NCBI GenBank assembly: GCA_964016885.1
Contig: OZ024745.1
Coordinates: forward strand, 38,564,001 to 38,628,000
Source: Eledone cirrhosa
Lineage: Eukaryota
Reading direction: 5' to 3'
DNA: 64,000 nt
Shown: positions 12,935 to 25,262 of the stretch, piece by piece
Position numbering within the stretch: position 1 is the stretch's first letter
Layout of the letters: each line of letters begins with the position of its first letter
Program-made: the position numbers and the translations under genes
Notes under the pieces: model-generated
Seen by the model: only the letters and a program-made list of their open reading frames with translations
Told to the model about the DNA's origin: nothing
Databases searched by the model: none

Positions 12935-13323
12935 GTGTGTGTGAATATATGCGTATATTACTTCGTTAACCTCTGTATTAGCTCAACAACTATTTAGCTT
13001 TGACAGTGCTGTCCCACTCATGTATGCTATTGAAGATGAAAAGAAAGACTGTAAACACTAGCTTATCTTTATAATTTAAAATTGATACACAATTCGATAA
13101 TCTGTACATGCCAAACTCTTACCTTTGCCTCATGACAGCTAGTTTTACACGCCGTAATGTTAGATACATTATACCCCCCACCTAAGTAATCCAGGGTCTC
13201 CTCAAATAATTTATTAATAGCATTGTTGTAATTGTTGTTATTGTTCTAATTGAATGCCATGACTACTTCATATAGTAGCCTGTATATTCTTTTCTTGCCT
13301 GTGTATTCTCTTCATTCTCGCAT

Positions 13324-13429
13324 GCTCCGAAGATCTGACTGGTTATAATTTTCTATTGGCGATCGAGTAACGTGAAAATAAGCGAATAGCGATCTCTAGA
13401 CCTACCAATTCTGAGAAACAATTGTCAGC
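13324..13429 (+). ncRNA. Hammerhead motif with CCGAAGA core and long stem II insert
   Basis: gcu CCGAAGA ucugacuggu..~60 nt..accaauucuga GAAAC aauu GUC agc, with palindromic ACAAUUGU. Confidence 0.65.
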
Positions 13430-14018
13430 TATGAGATTAAAAACCTTTTTTGTATAGCAAACCATGTGAACCTTCTTTCCTGATTTATTATTACTCCAAG
13501 TGTTTACAACATAGGAATTACGGCATACCCGCAGCATCACTATGAAAACGCCTTGTTGAGTCAAACCAAGCCAAGCGTTAATATCATCCACTACCTGGAA
13601 TACCATAACTGGACTATACCTAAGTGGACTGCATTTAACTATTATTTGTTACCCCGTATGTATATATATATATATGAAAACAGGGAGAAAGAGACGATTA
13701 GTAGGAAGAAAAATATATTTGTTTATAGACAATAAGCATATCGGTGTCATTGCTATCAAAGGAATGCGTTTCCCTAACAATATATATACTCTTCCCTTCA
13801 TTCTACACATCTCACACATCTTATACACACCACGCATCTCAACGTACACCCACTTACATCTCTCTCTCCACCACCGGACCTTGTTACCCGGAGATTTACC
13901 CATTTGCATTGTCGAGGCTTCCAAACGACTTAAAGATATATATATATATATATATATATATTGCTAGTAATGGTAAAAATTTGAAGCATCACCCTAAGTT
14001 GATTAATATGATATATAC

Positions 14019-14059
<41 letters not shown>

Positions 14060-16309
14060 AGGGGGCATTTCGTAGTTGCTAGCGGCGACGCTGTTTCGAG
14101 CACTAGGAGTTGTTACTGAGTCCGTCTCTTGTTACATTGTGGTCCAGGTTTCTGACGGCTGTTGTAAACTTTCATATCTGAAGACGTGTCACTTATGAGT
14201 CGGGATCCGATCACATGATCAAATCCGAACTGATCGATATTGAAGCAAATTGTAATAAAGCTTACAAAACGCTACAAATCATATTGTCACTTCATATATA
14301 TATATATATATATATTTTTTATATATATTTATATATATATATATATATATATTTATATAAATACATAGAACGTGTGTATATAAATTCAATGAATGAGAGA
14401 AAAAAGAAGTTCAGCGTATCAGACTTTAGCTTTTTCTCAGTTGATTACAAGCCGACATTTTATTAATAAAATAAATATGAGTAAGTTTGTTTTTAAGGTG
14501 GATTAGCTAATTTTGTTTGAGCAACATAACTCTTATCTCGTCATAGCAACACAATAAAACGGTCGCAGAGAAATGCGCGTGAGTATGTGCTGTTTAGGGT
14601 GTGTATGTGTGTGTGTGTGTTTGGTCTATGTGTATGTTTGTGTACATTTCTACGTGAATATTTATTTACAAATGTGTTATATTTATTTTGTTTTATGTGT
14701 ACGAAGTCTAAGTGTGTGTGAGTATTCCAGTGTGGGTGTGTGGATGATGGAGGGTACTGGATGCCGTAGGAAGAATAGATCTGAGGAATAGAATAGAGCA
14801 TTAAGACCACTAGCAGAAAAAACAGCCTTTGAGTGGTTTTCTGCTAACATGTGTATTGTGTCTATTGATAGTATACGCAAGTATATATACATGTAGATAT
14901 GATACGTCAAATAAAATTGTAATTGACAATATACACATAAATTGAAGAGAGTATTGTCTCACTGTCTTATGTAATCAGTAACGTAATCCACGATACATTA
15001 AAAAAAAGCGATATTATATATAAATTGCATTAGGAGAAAATTAGTGACAGAAATATATGAATATTTATTTAAACGCTCACTAACCAGAAGTATTGACATT
15101 CGAACATTTTAAAGAAGTCATCTTTAAATAAATAATAAAATATATTTAATGAATAGCCACGAAATTTAGTAGATAAATTATGTAATATTTATTCATTATT
15201 TATTCAAAGTAATCCAACTTATTTTACTAATGGGATACAAAATTATAAACCGCACGCAGTCGGCGCGTCTTACTTTATAGATTAGATGGTGTTAGACGTA
15301 TTTAGAAACAAATTAGACTCTGTCAAAACTGGAGGCGCTTGTCTTGTGGTTCGATGTAGGAAGCGAGTCCGAGCACAGTGAGCTGACTCATCGAATATAC
15401 CAAAGTGTACATTTATAAATACATACTTACATACTTTCACATATAGATACTATATACATACATACTGATTCCTACTCCAACGCTTTGCTTTTGCCTGATC
15501 CTGTATATATATCAGATCTGTCAACTCTCCCGTCAGATAGGGAAATCTCCCACCCAATTTGATGTGGGTGACAGGTGTGTTCTCTTGTGAAAATGAATAT
15601 AGCTTTCATTAGTTAAATTTCCCCATTTTGCCTTATTTCGGCCTGATTTGAGGAACGTTTTTTCATGATACTCCCTGCTTGGGTTTTTAGAGTTTGACAA
15701 GTTTGATATATGTATATATATTTTGTGTGTTAGTGTTATTATTTGCATATATATTCGCAGAGGTACCGGGCGTGGTCTTTATGTAAAATATGTAGAAAAT
15801 ATTTTGTATTTTGTATATCCTAAACTTATATGTTACTTTTACGACTTTACTTCTCTTTTACAAACACATCAATTAGCAAACGCATTTACAATGTCCATGT
15901 CAGAATATCTGACATGCATACGCATAAGCCACGGAACACTTAAAAGGGGATATATTAATGTATACATACACATGCGACAACTACATAGAAACACAATTTT
16001 TATATTCGAATCCACATACAGTCATTCGTCAGGAGAATACACACAAGGCTTTTACATTTTATTTCATACACACGTCTACACACACACGTTAGTTTTATGA
16101 CACACACAAACGTACAACAATCAATTAAAATGGGTACATTTATTAAAGCATGGGTATATATAGATTAATCCACTTATGTATAGGCATAACAAACACAGAA
16201 ATGAGGATAATTGAGAAAGAAATACAGTGAGCTAGAGAAAGCTTGTAGGGAGACTGCTGGAGAAAGATGAAATTTGTCGACTATATATCACAAGTTTATA
16301 ATGCGTTTT

Positions 16310-16492
16310 TGGATTGGCAGTATCGGTAGAGTGTCGGCAGCCATGCTTTGCAAGAAAGAGTTACGGCCCTTTGTGGTCTGAGTTCCAATCCCGCTGATGA
16401 TAACTTTGCCTTTCATCCTCACAGGGTCTATAAAATAAAGTACCAGTAATACACTGTTTTAATTGCTTGCCTTGTGCCAAAAGTAGAAACTA
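16310..16492 (+). mobile_element. tRNA-derived SINE (octopod-like family)
   Basis: A-box-like tggcagtatcggtag, B-box-like gagttccaatccc, body actttgcctttcatcc..gataaaataaagtaccag..ccttgtgccaaaagtagaaac; many copies in the window. Confidence 0.85.
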
Positions 16493-16652
16493 TTACTTTT
16501 CAGTTCACATACAAAAAAATGAATATTTTATTTTAATACACTTTTGTTTTACTGTTCTCTATCATTGTATCAGAATTTTATTTCTTCCTCACCTGTTTCC
16601 TTGAATACTTAGAAGCACATGGGAAAATATAATTAGAGAATATATTTTCTGA

Positions 16653-16840
16653 TGGCGGTGGATTGGCAGTATCAGTAGAGCGTCGGACCCCATGCTTTGA
16701 AGCATAGAGTTACGTCCCTTTATGATCTGAGTTCAAATTCCGCCGAGGTTAACTTTGCCTTTCATCCTTACGAGGTCGATAAAATAAAGTACCAGCAATG
16801 TACTGGGTATTTGCTGGTCTTGTGCCTAAAAATAGAAACA
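16653..16840 (+). mobile_element. tRNA-derived SINE, same family
   Basis: ggcggtggattggcagtatc..gagttcaaattccgccgagg..aatagaaac. Confidence 0.88.
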
Positions 16841-19581
16841 CTTATTTTTTTCTGAAATCGATCGCTTTTGCTATGCGGCGTTTCACGGATATCGTTTGGT
16901 AAAGCACCTGGACATAACTTACACATGACGTAGGATATCTCGCAAATATTGTAGGCGTGGGTAGCATAATAGTTGGGAATGACACCTTTTATTAAAATTA
17001 TTTTTATCCAATGAATGAAGAAAACACAAAACACGACTTATAGGTTTTGCTATAAGGTTTTGGCCGTTGAATTACATATTAAATCTATTCGGCAAGTTCC
17101 AAAGTGTTCCCTCTAACCTTTTTCACTCGATAAAGTATGGTTGACAATAACCTGTTGTAAATGACGCATATAGTACTTGCCAGGAATGGAACCACTGACT
17201 TTATGATTGCGAATAGGTCAAATTCCGTCCATCTTACACCCTAAATAAAAATAGAAATGATCATGCATTTGAACATAAATCTGTTCGATAACAATTGTCC
17301 TGTTACAGAAAACAAAACAAAGAAAAACATTACATTTTTTTTCCTCATTTTAATCATACCAATCCGTATATCGCCACCTTTGACACAATCTCGTTCTTCA
17401 CACAACAAACTACACCGTACAATATATAGTGCTGGGCTCTGATGTATATATATAAAACAAGTAACTAATTTTAACAAGAGGTAGTATATTTCATTAGATA
17501 TTTTATCACTGATCTGAGAAATCAAATGTCTTAGTATCTAATATATCTCAACTCCCAAGATGTAATATAACAGTAGAAGGTTACTTTTTTCTTAATAAAG
17601 GTGATAAGGTTAAACAATAAAAATAACACTCTATCTATCTATCACTTTTTTCTTTTTTTCTCTTTCGTTCTCACTTTCCCTCGCTCTCTCTTTCTCTCTC
17701 TCTCTCTATATTTTTTGGCGGGGGGGGGATGTGTGTGTCTGTATATATGTATGTACATTTTGTTCGTATGTATTTCGTCGTTTTACAATCATATATTTGA
17801 AAAAAGTATAGAATTTAGATTTATACACGAACACTCTTAATATTTTTCTATTGGAGTATAAAGACTAAAGAGAATAAAGAACGAAAATAAATGAAAAAGG
17901 TAAGAGACAAATCAAAACTATGGGAGAAGGTGAAAAATAATTTCCTTTTACTATTGGTTATCTAATCTGGACGACAAATAAAAGATGAGTAATGATCAAC
18001 ACACACGCACAGATACCTTTTCATGCTGAGTTCAATTTGTTCCTTTAGTTAGATTTGCTTACAAACTTTTTTAAGAAATGCCAAGGTTGCAGCATTTTTC
18101 TTTCATTATTTCTTAGTAAAACAATAATATATTGTACAATGCCATGACAAAATTTGTGTTGGATTGTCCGCTGTGTAATAAAGTGTGTAGGTAATTGTCC
18201 GTCTACATTTTGCACAAAATCACAGTTCATCTGCTATAATATCGATAAACAAAATGATCACCAGAAAAGACAAAGTACTTTCGTAAATAACCCAGCTGGA
18301 AAGTTGTCACTCTCTTCCAAAAGTAAGCTGATACTCATAGAATCCCACCAGCCCTACTCCTATATGAACGTATATTTGTATAGATAAAGTTTCTTAATAT
18401 GCAGCTAGTCCCCACCACACACAACACGATAGGTTCTTTTTCTACAATCAAGTGATCTCATCAAGTAATATGCAATGACAATGATATGTTCAATTTTCAG
18501 GTAATACAAATGAACGTACAGTCAAGATGCTGACCCATGGCTCTTTCAACCAACGTTTCAATGATGATAAACTGTTCATAAACAATGCCTTGTATCAAGG
18601 AGTAAATCACCTTATTTTAATAAGCTTTTTATAGAACATGTTACACATAGCATCGGTAATATCTTCGACCATTTCTAGCATGAGAATGTCATAGCTACGC
18701 CGATCACCTATTGTCCAGATCCAGTTTTCATGTATGTGTTCAGTGATACCCTGTGCTTTTTACATCATCCTACCTTATTACGCTACTCACATTTCATAAT
18801 TTTGTTTTAATTCAATATTCAATTATGTATCAGACACTCTCACCTCTCTACATGCCTAAAATTTAAACATTTTCACAAACAATAGTATGGATAAAATATT
18901 AGGCAATACAATTGACAAGAAAAGATTCATCGCACACAGAGACGTTGAACAGGTGCACCATGTCTTCTACTTAATGTATGATCATGTGATGCTGTAACAC
19001 TACACATTTGTTTGTGAAGTTACATGGCTTAATGTTGGGTGTCTAGCTCGCGATCGTTAGGCTATAAGATCGATTTTATGCGATGTATTGAATTATTGTA
19101 CAAGAAAATGAATTTCTCCTTCTCTCAGTACAATCCAGTGCTGAAAAAAAAATGAGTTGCACCCCTAATTCAGATATCTAGAGTTGCACATACTGTGCCG
19201 TGTTGTGACATTGATACGACTCTTAAGAGTACACGGATCTGTGGATGTCTCAGACACGTACAACGTAATTTTATACGTAAGTTGTTCCGTTGATTAAGCA
19301 ATTAGAACACATATCGTCCAAATCGAAGGTGGTCCATTTCATTGTGGAATGAAAATCATAATCATATAGTTTACCATTTGTGAATTAAACGCAACGTTTC
19401 TCCTCCCTAATATGAGTTACTGCTAAAGAACGATTCTAAAAAACATTCTCCACAATCTATTCACTATAAGGCACTTTATATGTAGTATCCTACAACTGCA
19501 ACAATCTACACAAAATACTTTTAACAAATATAGTTTCCTCACATCAATATCCCTATGGGATTTCTTACCCCCCTCTCTCTC

Positions 19582-19613
<32 letters not shown>

Positions 19614-19750
19614 CTCATCTTCATCTCTCTCTCTCTCTCCTTATCTCCCTCTCTCTCCCTCTGTCTCTGTATATATATATATAAAATATTTATTATATAT
19701 ATATATATATTTATTAAATATATATATATATATATATATTTAATATATAT

Positions 19751-19890
19751 AAAAACCACAGACCCTCCATCTCAACTCACCTTTTGAAAAGCAGAAGAAC
19801 TGCGAAACCGGTAAAGGAACCAAATAAATATATATATTTAAAAAAAAAATAAGACTCCAGTTGCATTTTCGATTTCATCTCTTTTTCTTT
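19751..19890 (+). mobile_element. Short hammerhead-bearing repeat (family also at 34822 and 38831)
   Basis: aaaaaccacagaccctccatctcaac..ccagttgcattttcgatttcatc shared by three loci; TA-rich flanks. Confidence 0.8.
19780..19817 (+). ncRNA. Minimal hammerhead ribozyme, U3-A8 core variant
   Basis: ccuu UUGAAAA gcag aagaa cugc GAAA ccgg UA aagg: perfect stems I and II, palindromic CCGG loop, compensatory C3U/G8A. Confidence 0.78.
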
Positions 19891-19948
19891 ATACTTTCAC
19901 TCGTGTAGGACACCTCGGTTATTTTTCATTTTGTAAAAAAAACCTCAC

Positions 19949-20034
<86 letters not shown>

Positions 20035-20329
20035 AATATATATATATATATGCTCAATTTAGGAAGTATTAGAATTGAAAAAATATATCCTGTTTTAACC
20101 CTTTTTTAATCCAACTTAACTCTACTATAAGTAACTTTCGAAAACAAAAAAATGCTGCAATACTAAAATCTATACACTATGGATTGCGTATGATTCATAC
20201 AATTCTTGCATCTTCCAAGAACTTGAAAAAATATTATCAAAAAAATAAGAAGGTTAATTTAATGGACATTAATAGACAGTGCATAAACATTGTTAAGCTA
20301 CTGAATAGAGAAATACATACTGTACTATT

Positions 20330-21100
20330 TGTTCCCAAACCGCTTAGTTATATAACAAAACAATTCATTCTTAACCAATCTATTAGATTAATATGGCCTT
20401 CCACATTAGATATAGGGAAAACTATTAAAAATATCCCCGGTAAAAATTGTACCTGCTGTAAGTCAGAAAATTACACTAAATTATGGGGAAATACTAATGC
20501 TGTTATAACATGGTTCATAACATTAGATAATAGAAAGTATATGAAGTTTTTACGTTTTGACATTGACAATTATTATACATCAATTTCCTCTAACCCGCTG
20601 AATAATACGCATTTAATGGCCTTGTACCACACTAACATTATTCGATATGAAATCGATATTGGTCACTAGATACACTATCATAGAATTTGCTAGTAGCCTG
20701 TACAAGAGGAAAAACTGTATATATAGCAACGGCATTAAAATGGAATCACGGGATTCCATCAAACGTCGCTGATCGTGGTTATTTCTCTTTAATAAAGGAA
20801 GTGAATTCCTTTGCATGGAAGCTGGCCTACATAGCGATGATGCGCCTTAAACGTTTAAAATTCTTTGTAATTCTGCGCTCGAGAGAGAACAGTAGGAAAA
20901 CACTTGTAAAAATTCATTAAACACTTTAACTTGTCTCTACCAATTGAATATAATATTAAAATAGGTATTTTCGTGGTTGCCAACCTGGATTCCAAAACTG
21001 ATATTTTTAGCGACAACACTAAACCCGAGACATCTCTAAATTATGTACAAAAGAATTTGAAATGCCTCAACAACCTATCGGGTAGATTATCTACGCTTTC
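20330..21100 (+). pseudogene. Decayed Naiad-type Penelope RT fragment
   Basis: IRLIWPSTLDIGK..LWGNTNAVITWF..KFLRFDIDNYYTSIS resembles the PLE RT motif WKNT..VI.WF..FDI..FYPSI; stops and frameshifts downstream. Confidence 0.65.
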
Positions 21101-21397
21101 TGCCAACACATGTATGTATGCATGTATGTGTGTGAATGTGTGTATGTATGTATGTATTACGTATGTATTTATGTATGTATGTTGGTGTATGTATGATTGT
21201 GCGTGAGTGTGTGTATTATAACTAGCATGCACATCAACACAGCATACGACAAGGCTAACACGTCAATGCTACTATTACTTTTCAGTGTGAGAAAGAAAGT
21301 TCTTCCCTCTATCCACTTGTATTGAGTGCATATTCGATTAATATTTGAGTGGTTTAAATATTTTGGTAAGTTAAACAAATAGTAATATATATATATA

Positions 21398-21754
<357 letters not shown>

Positions 21755-21950
21755 CGTATATATATATTAGTATGTACACGTACATACAAATATGTATGTA
21801 TATATATATACATACACACATATATATATGCACGTATGGATTCACCGAACATTTATTATAATGCTCGGTGTGTTTGTAAACAAACATCAGGTATTAAGCC
21901 GTAGTGTCCAGCAACCATCGTTGCACGTTTGTTCAACACTGACAAAGGAA

Positions 21951-21991
21951 CGCTGTACTAGTTTCAAGCTTATTAGCTATCGTCAGCAACG
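21951..21991 (-). ncRNA. Intact minimal type-I hammerhead ribozyme
   Basis: cguug CUGACGA uagcu aaua agcuu GAAA cuag UA cagcg. Confidence 0.85.
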
Positions 21992-22380
21992 TATACCTTC
22001 CTGTCAGATTGTTGAACATCTGAAAGTATATACATTCCTTATGCATATTAACGGCTGAGTAGCCCAATTTGCATATCGATTGGGTTAATCGGCCGGGCGC
22101 ACCGAAAACGATAAACGGAAAAAATGAAACGAAATTTCATTTCCCACTATTAGTACGGCTGTTACTTAAATATAAGTATGTACACGTACATACCTATATG
22201 TATACAGACGTACAGTAGTACGTATATATATATACATACATACACATATATATATATATCTACGTATGGATTCACCGAACATTTTTTATAATGCTCGGTG
22301 TATTTGTAAACAAACATCCCTAATTAAGCCGTAGTGTCTAGCAACCATCGTTGCTCGTTTGTTCAACACTGACAAAGTAA

Positions 22381-22421
22381 GGCTGTACTAGTTTCAAGCT
22401 TATTAGCTATCGTCAGCAACG
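22381..22421 (-). ncRNA. Intact minimal type-I hammerhead ribozyme (tandem copy)
   Basis: Identical core, 430 bp from the 21951 copy. Confidence 0.83.
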
Positions 22422-23342
22422 TATACCTTCCTGCCAGATTGTTGAACGTCTGAAAGTATATACTTATGGGGCATGTATGTATGTATATATACATACTACT
22501 GTACGTCTGTATACATATATGTATGTACGTGTACATACTTATATTTAAGTAACAGCCGTACTAAGAGTGGGAAATGAAATTTCGTTTCATTTTTTCCCTT
22601 TATATATATATTCATATACATATATACATAATTATATAATATGTGTGAGTCCGTGCATTTCTGGTGATGTGCATCTGCATACACATAAACATAGTCTGTT
22701 CAAATTTACTCGGAATGAGATAAAAAATCTAATTTTGTGAACTCATTATGATAATAAACAATCAAAATATAGAAATTGGTTTTAGCTTCTTACATCGAAA
22801 AATAGGAAAAAGTCAGTTGCCATGAAATCTAAGAGGCTTGCCAGAGATTTTTTAATAAAATATGGCTTCCAAGTTTTTTTTTTCATGCAGATGCTTTATA
22901 TACACTCGATAGCAGAGGCTCTAACTCTGTTGAACACAACGAAATGGATAGGTAAATTGACGGATATGATAGTTGTTTCATAGCAAAAAATTAAAGATGT
23001 CTACTTTCTTTCGTATTTCTTCATTTCTTCTTTTACTGTTTTTCGCTCGTGTATAGTTCTGATTAAATTCCCTCTTCTCCAATCTACTTCTTCATGTTCC
23101 TGATTGTGGCTTCCTATAAACAGCTAGGTTATATATACCTCTATTCTCTCCCTTTCCCTATTCCTATTCAGTTCCTTCTATCATTCATCCCTATACCCTT
23201 ATCACTTCAGTCTTGGTTTTCTAAAGCACTCTATCCTTCTCAGAATAATTTCATTTTTTAACTTTTCTTTCATTCTTTCTATTCCTTCAGTAAACTTTAC
23301 ATAGATATTTCGATTTGATTTTTTATTATTATCTATCATTCA

Positions 23343-23545
23343 GGGGCGGGGAATTGGCAACATCGATAAAGCGTCGAAAGACATGATTTCCGGCATTGAC
23401 ATTCTATGTTCAATTCCAGTTTCAGTTTTCTTTGCCATTGACCTTAACGGTGTACATAAGGTGAAGTACCAGTAACGTACTGGTTACGATATAACCCGCT
23501 TTGCATTCACCCAAAATTGTTGATCTTCGGCCTTAATATGAAATA
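23343..23545 (+). mobile_element. Degenerate SINE copy
   Basis: gggcggggaattggcaacatcg..gttcaattcc..aagtaccagtaacgtactgg. Confidence 0.6.
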
Positions 23546-23735
23546 ATATTTATTTCAATTCCACTCACTCATCTCATTATATTCAACGATTTCACCCACC
23601 TGCAATTTCTGATAACATTATATCAAATTATCTGATTAAATATGTGATCTACGTAAATTATATTTCCAATGGGCAAATACGATATAGCCTTTATACCTCT
23701 GTGTACAGAACGTATTTTATACGTGTTTGATGCCG

Positions 23736-23799
<64 letters not shown>

Positions 23800-23907
23800 G
23801 TTATATAGTAAGGTGCATTATTGGTTGTGTAAAATTGTCCAATAACTTTATGTTAGCAATATTAAGTTCTCCACGCTTTTGTATACCTTCAATTCCATTC
23901 GAGGGAA

Positions 23908-24480
23908 CAGCTAGATGATGTAAAACGGAGTATAAGTATCAAAATGAAAATCCGAAGGCAAGGTACAATTCCAATCATTTAATCATTTAATTCAATAAGA
24001 GATAGATCGATTGTGAAGTCATAATCGATTATCACTGATTTCATCAGGTGAAAATGAATTGTCTTAAAATTCTTGATATGAGGGAGAAAAATAACGATGT
24101 TCTCTCACAGAATTCATTCCCTCATATGGAGACACACCAGTCATAAAAGTTTTCAGATTTCTATCGCTGCAGAAGACGCTGGACATCAATTAAATCTGTA
24201 GGGATACAGTCAGTCACAGTTAAATGTGAGTGGGTACACACACACTCCACACCAACATACATCGGCTCGGGGCCAAGGAAAAATATATAGAAATATATAC
24301 ACACATCAACACAGTATTAAACCCGTAGAATTAGCGTGGGTAGGTACACACACACTTTCACACACACCGAAGCGATGTCCGAGAAAAAACAAATATGAGA
24401 ATGTACCAACACAGCACTCACCGAAAGTTAGTTCACAAAGCAGCAGAAGGTATGTCTGTCAAATTGAGATTTGACCGACA
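23908..24480 (-). mobile_element. Solo pLTR-like repeat, homologous to the 41.4-43.5 kb arms; decayed hammerhead (CUGAUGA at 24041-24047)
   Basis: cagctagatgatgtaaaacggagtat...aaattgagatttgac shared with 41485-42075. Confidence 0.8.
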
Positions 24481-24544
24481 TGGTAGAACACTGAACTGAA
24501 CTAACTTGGGCGCACGCGCATGTGTGTATGTGTGTAGCGTTGGT

Positions 24545-25261
24545 TATCCCAGTTCGGGTTAAACTCTACAGGCATGGAGGTGCCATCAGCCGGGCATGTC
24601 CGAGATGCACGCAGGGTGACAAACCGTCCTGATCGCATTCGTCCAGTGTCCGAGCATTGCTGACTTGTGGGTTTATGTCGAACACGTGCTGTCGCGTGTA
24701 GGACGGATCCAACTATCAGCTGAGTCCATCGCGAGGATTGCCCCGCCCTCTTCCTTTAGCCGGGACAGGCAGGCAGTTGTTATCTGACTGGTGGCCATGG
24801 CAAAATAGATAGTATGGTGGAGACGTTTGAAAGGGCTGAAGACGAGCACTTACCTCTTCGGTGATGCCCTGATTAACTTTTTCAAATATCATTTGAAAAG
24901 GAAAATCAGGGAGGAGAGGGAAGTGCTCTCTTCCCAGCAGTTTGTTAAAAGATGGGTGAGAGAAGCAAGAATGGCCCGAATGAATGGGCCTACTCTGAGT
25001 ATGTGTCTGTAAATTAAAGGTGGAACACTGGGAGAGGGCACCTGCCTTGGTGGTCAGGGTCACTGTGGCCTTTTACTGGGCTTTCTCCACAAATGTCCCT
25101 CCGAAGTCTCCCCCCTATTGGGGAATTTGTCATTGTTATTTTTTGTTACATCCTCTGTTTTTGTTTTTTACACGCAGAAATGCCCATTTGTACCGTCCTG
25201 TATTGTCCTGCACTGTCCTTAATGTCTACTTTATGTAAACCCTTGTGGTTAATAAAGAAAT
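24545..25261 (+). mobile_element. 3' fragment of an L1/Tx1-like LINE (ORF2 C-terminus + 3' UTR)
   Basis: PVRVKLYRHG..ACPRC..TVL.AFVQC..LW (zinc-knuckle-like), then WWRRLKGLK..FFKYHLKRK..FVKRW; ends ccttgtggttaataaag; internal stops. Confidence 0.7.
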
Positions 25262-25262
25262 C

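Larger units (their letters stand above)
10321..13488 (+). mobile_element. 5'-truncated Naiad-type Penelope-like element flanked by ~710-750 bp inverted pLTRs (10321-11028 / 12741-13488)
   Basis: Near-identical inverted arms enclose the RT-EN ORF; each arm has a hammerhead; (TA)n on the left flank. Confidence 0.92.
21770..22600 (-). mobile_element. ORF-less tandem element (430 bp period, ~1.6 units) with two hammerheads and an inverted 5' segment
   Basis: 21830-22033 repeats at 22260-22463; 22473-22596 is the reverse complement of ~22120-22243; (TA)n flanks. Confidence 0.88.

Noticed and set aside
14174-14242. CTGAAGA...CGAAC hammerhead-like motif
   Set aside because: GAAA is incomplete and the stems do not register.
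16310-16840. tRNA genes
   Set aside because: The A/B boxes belong to SINE heads; no cloverleaf.
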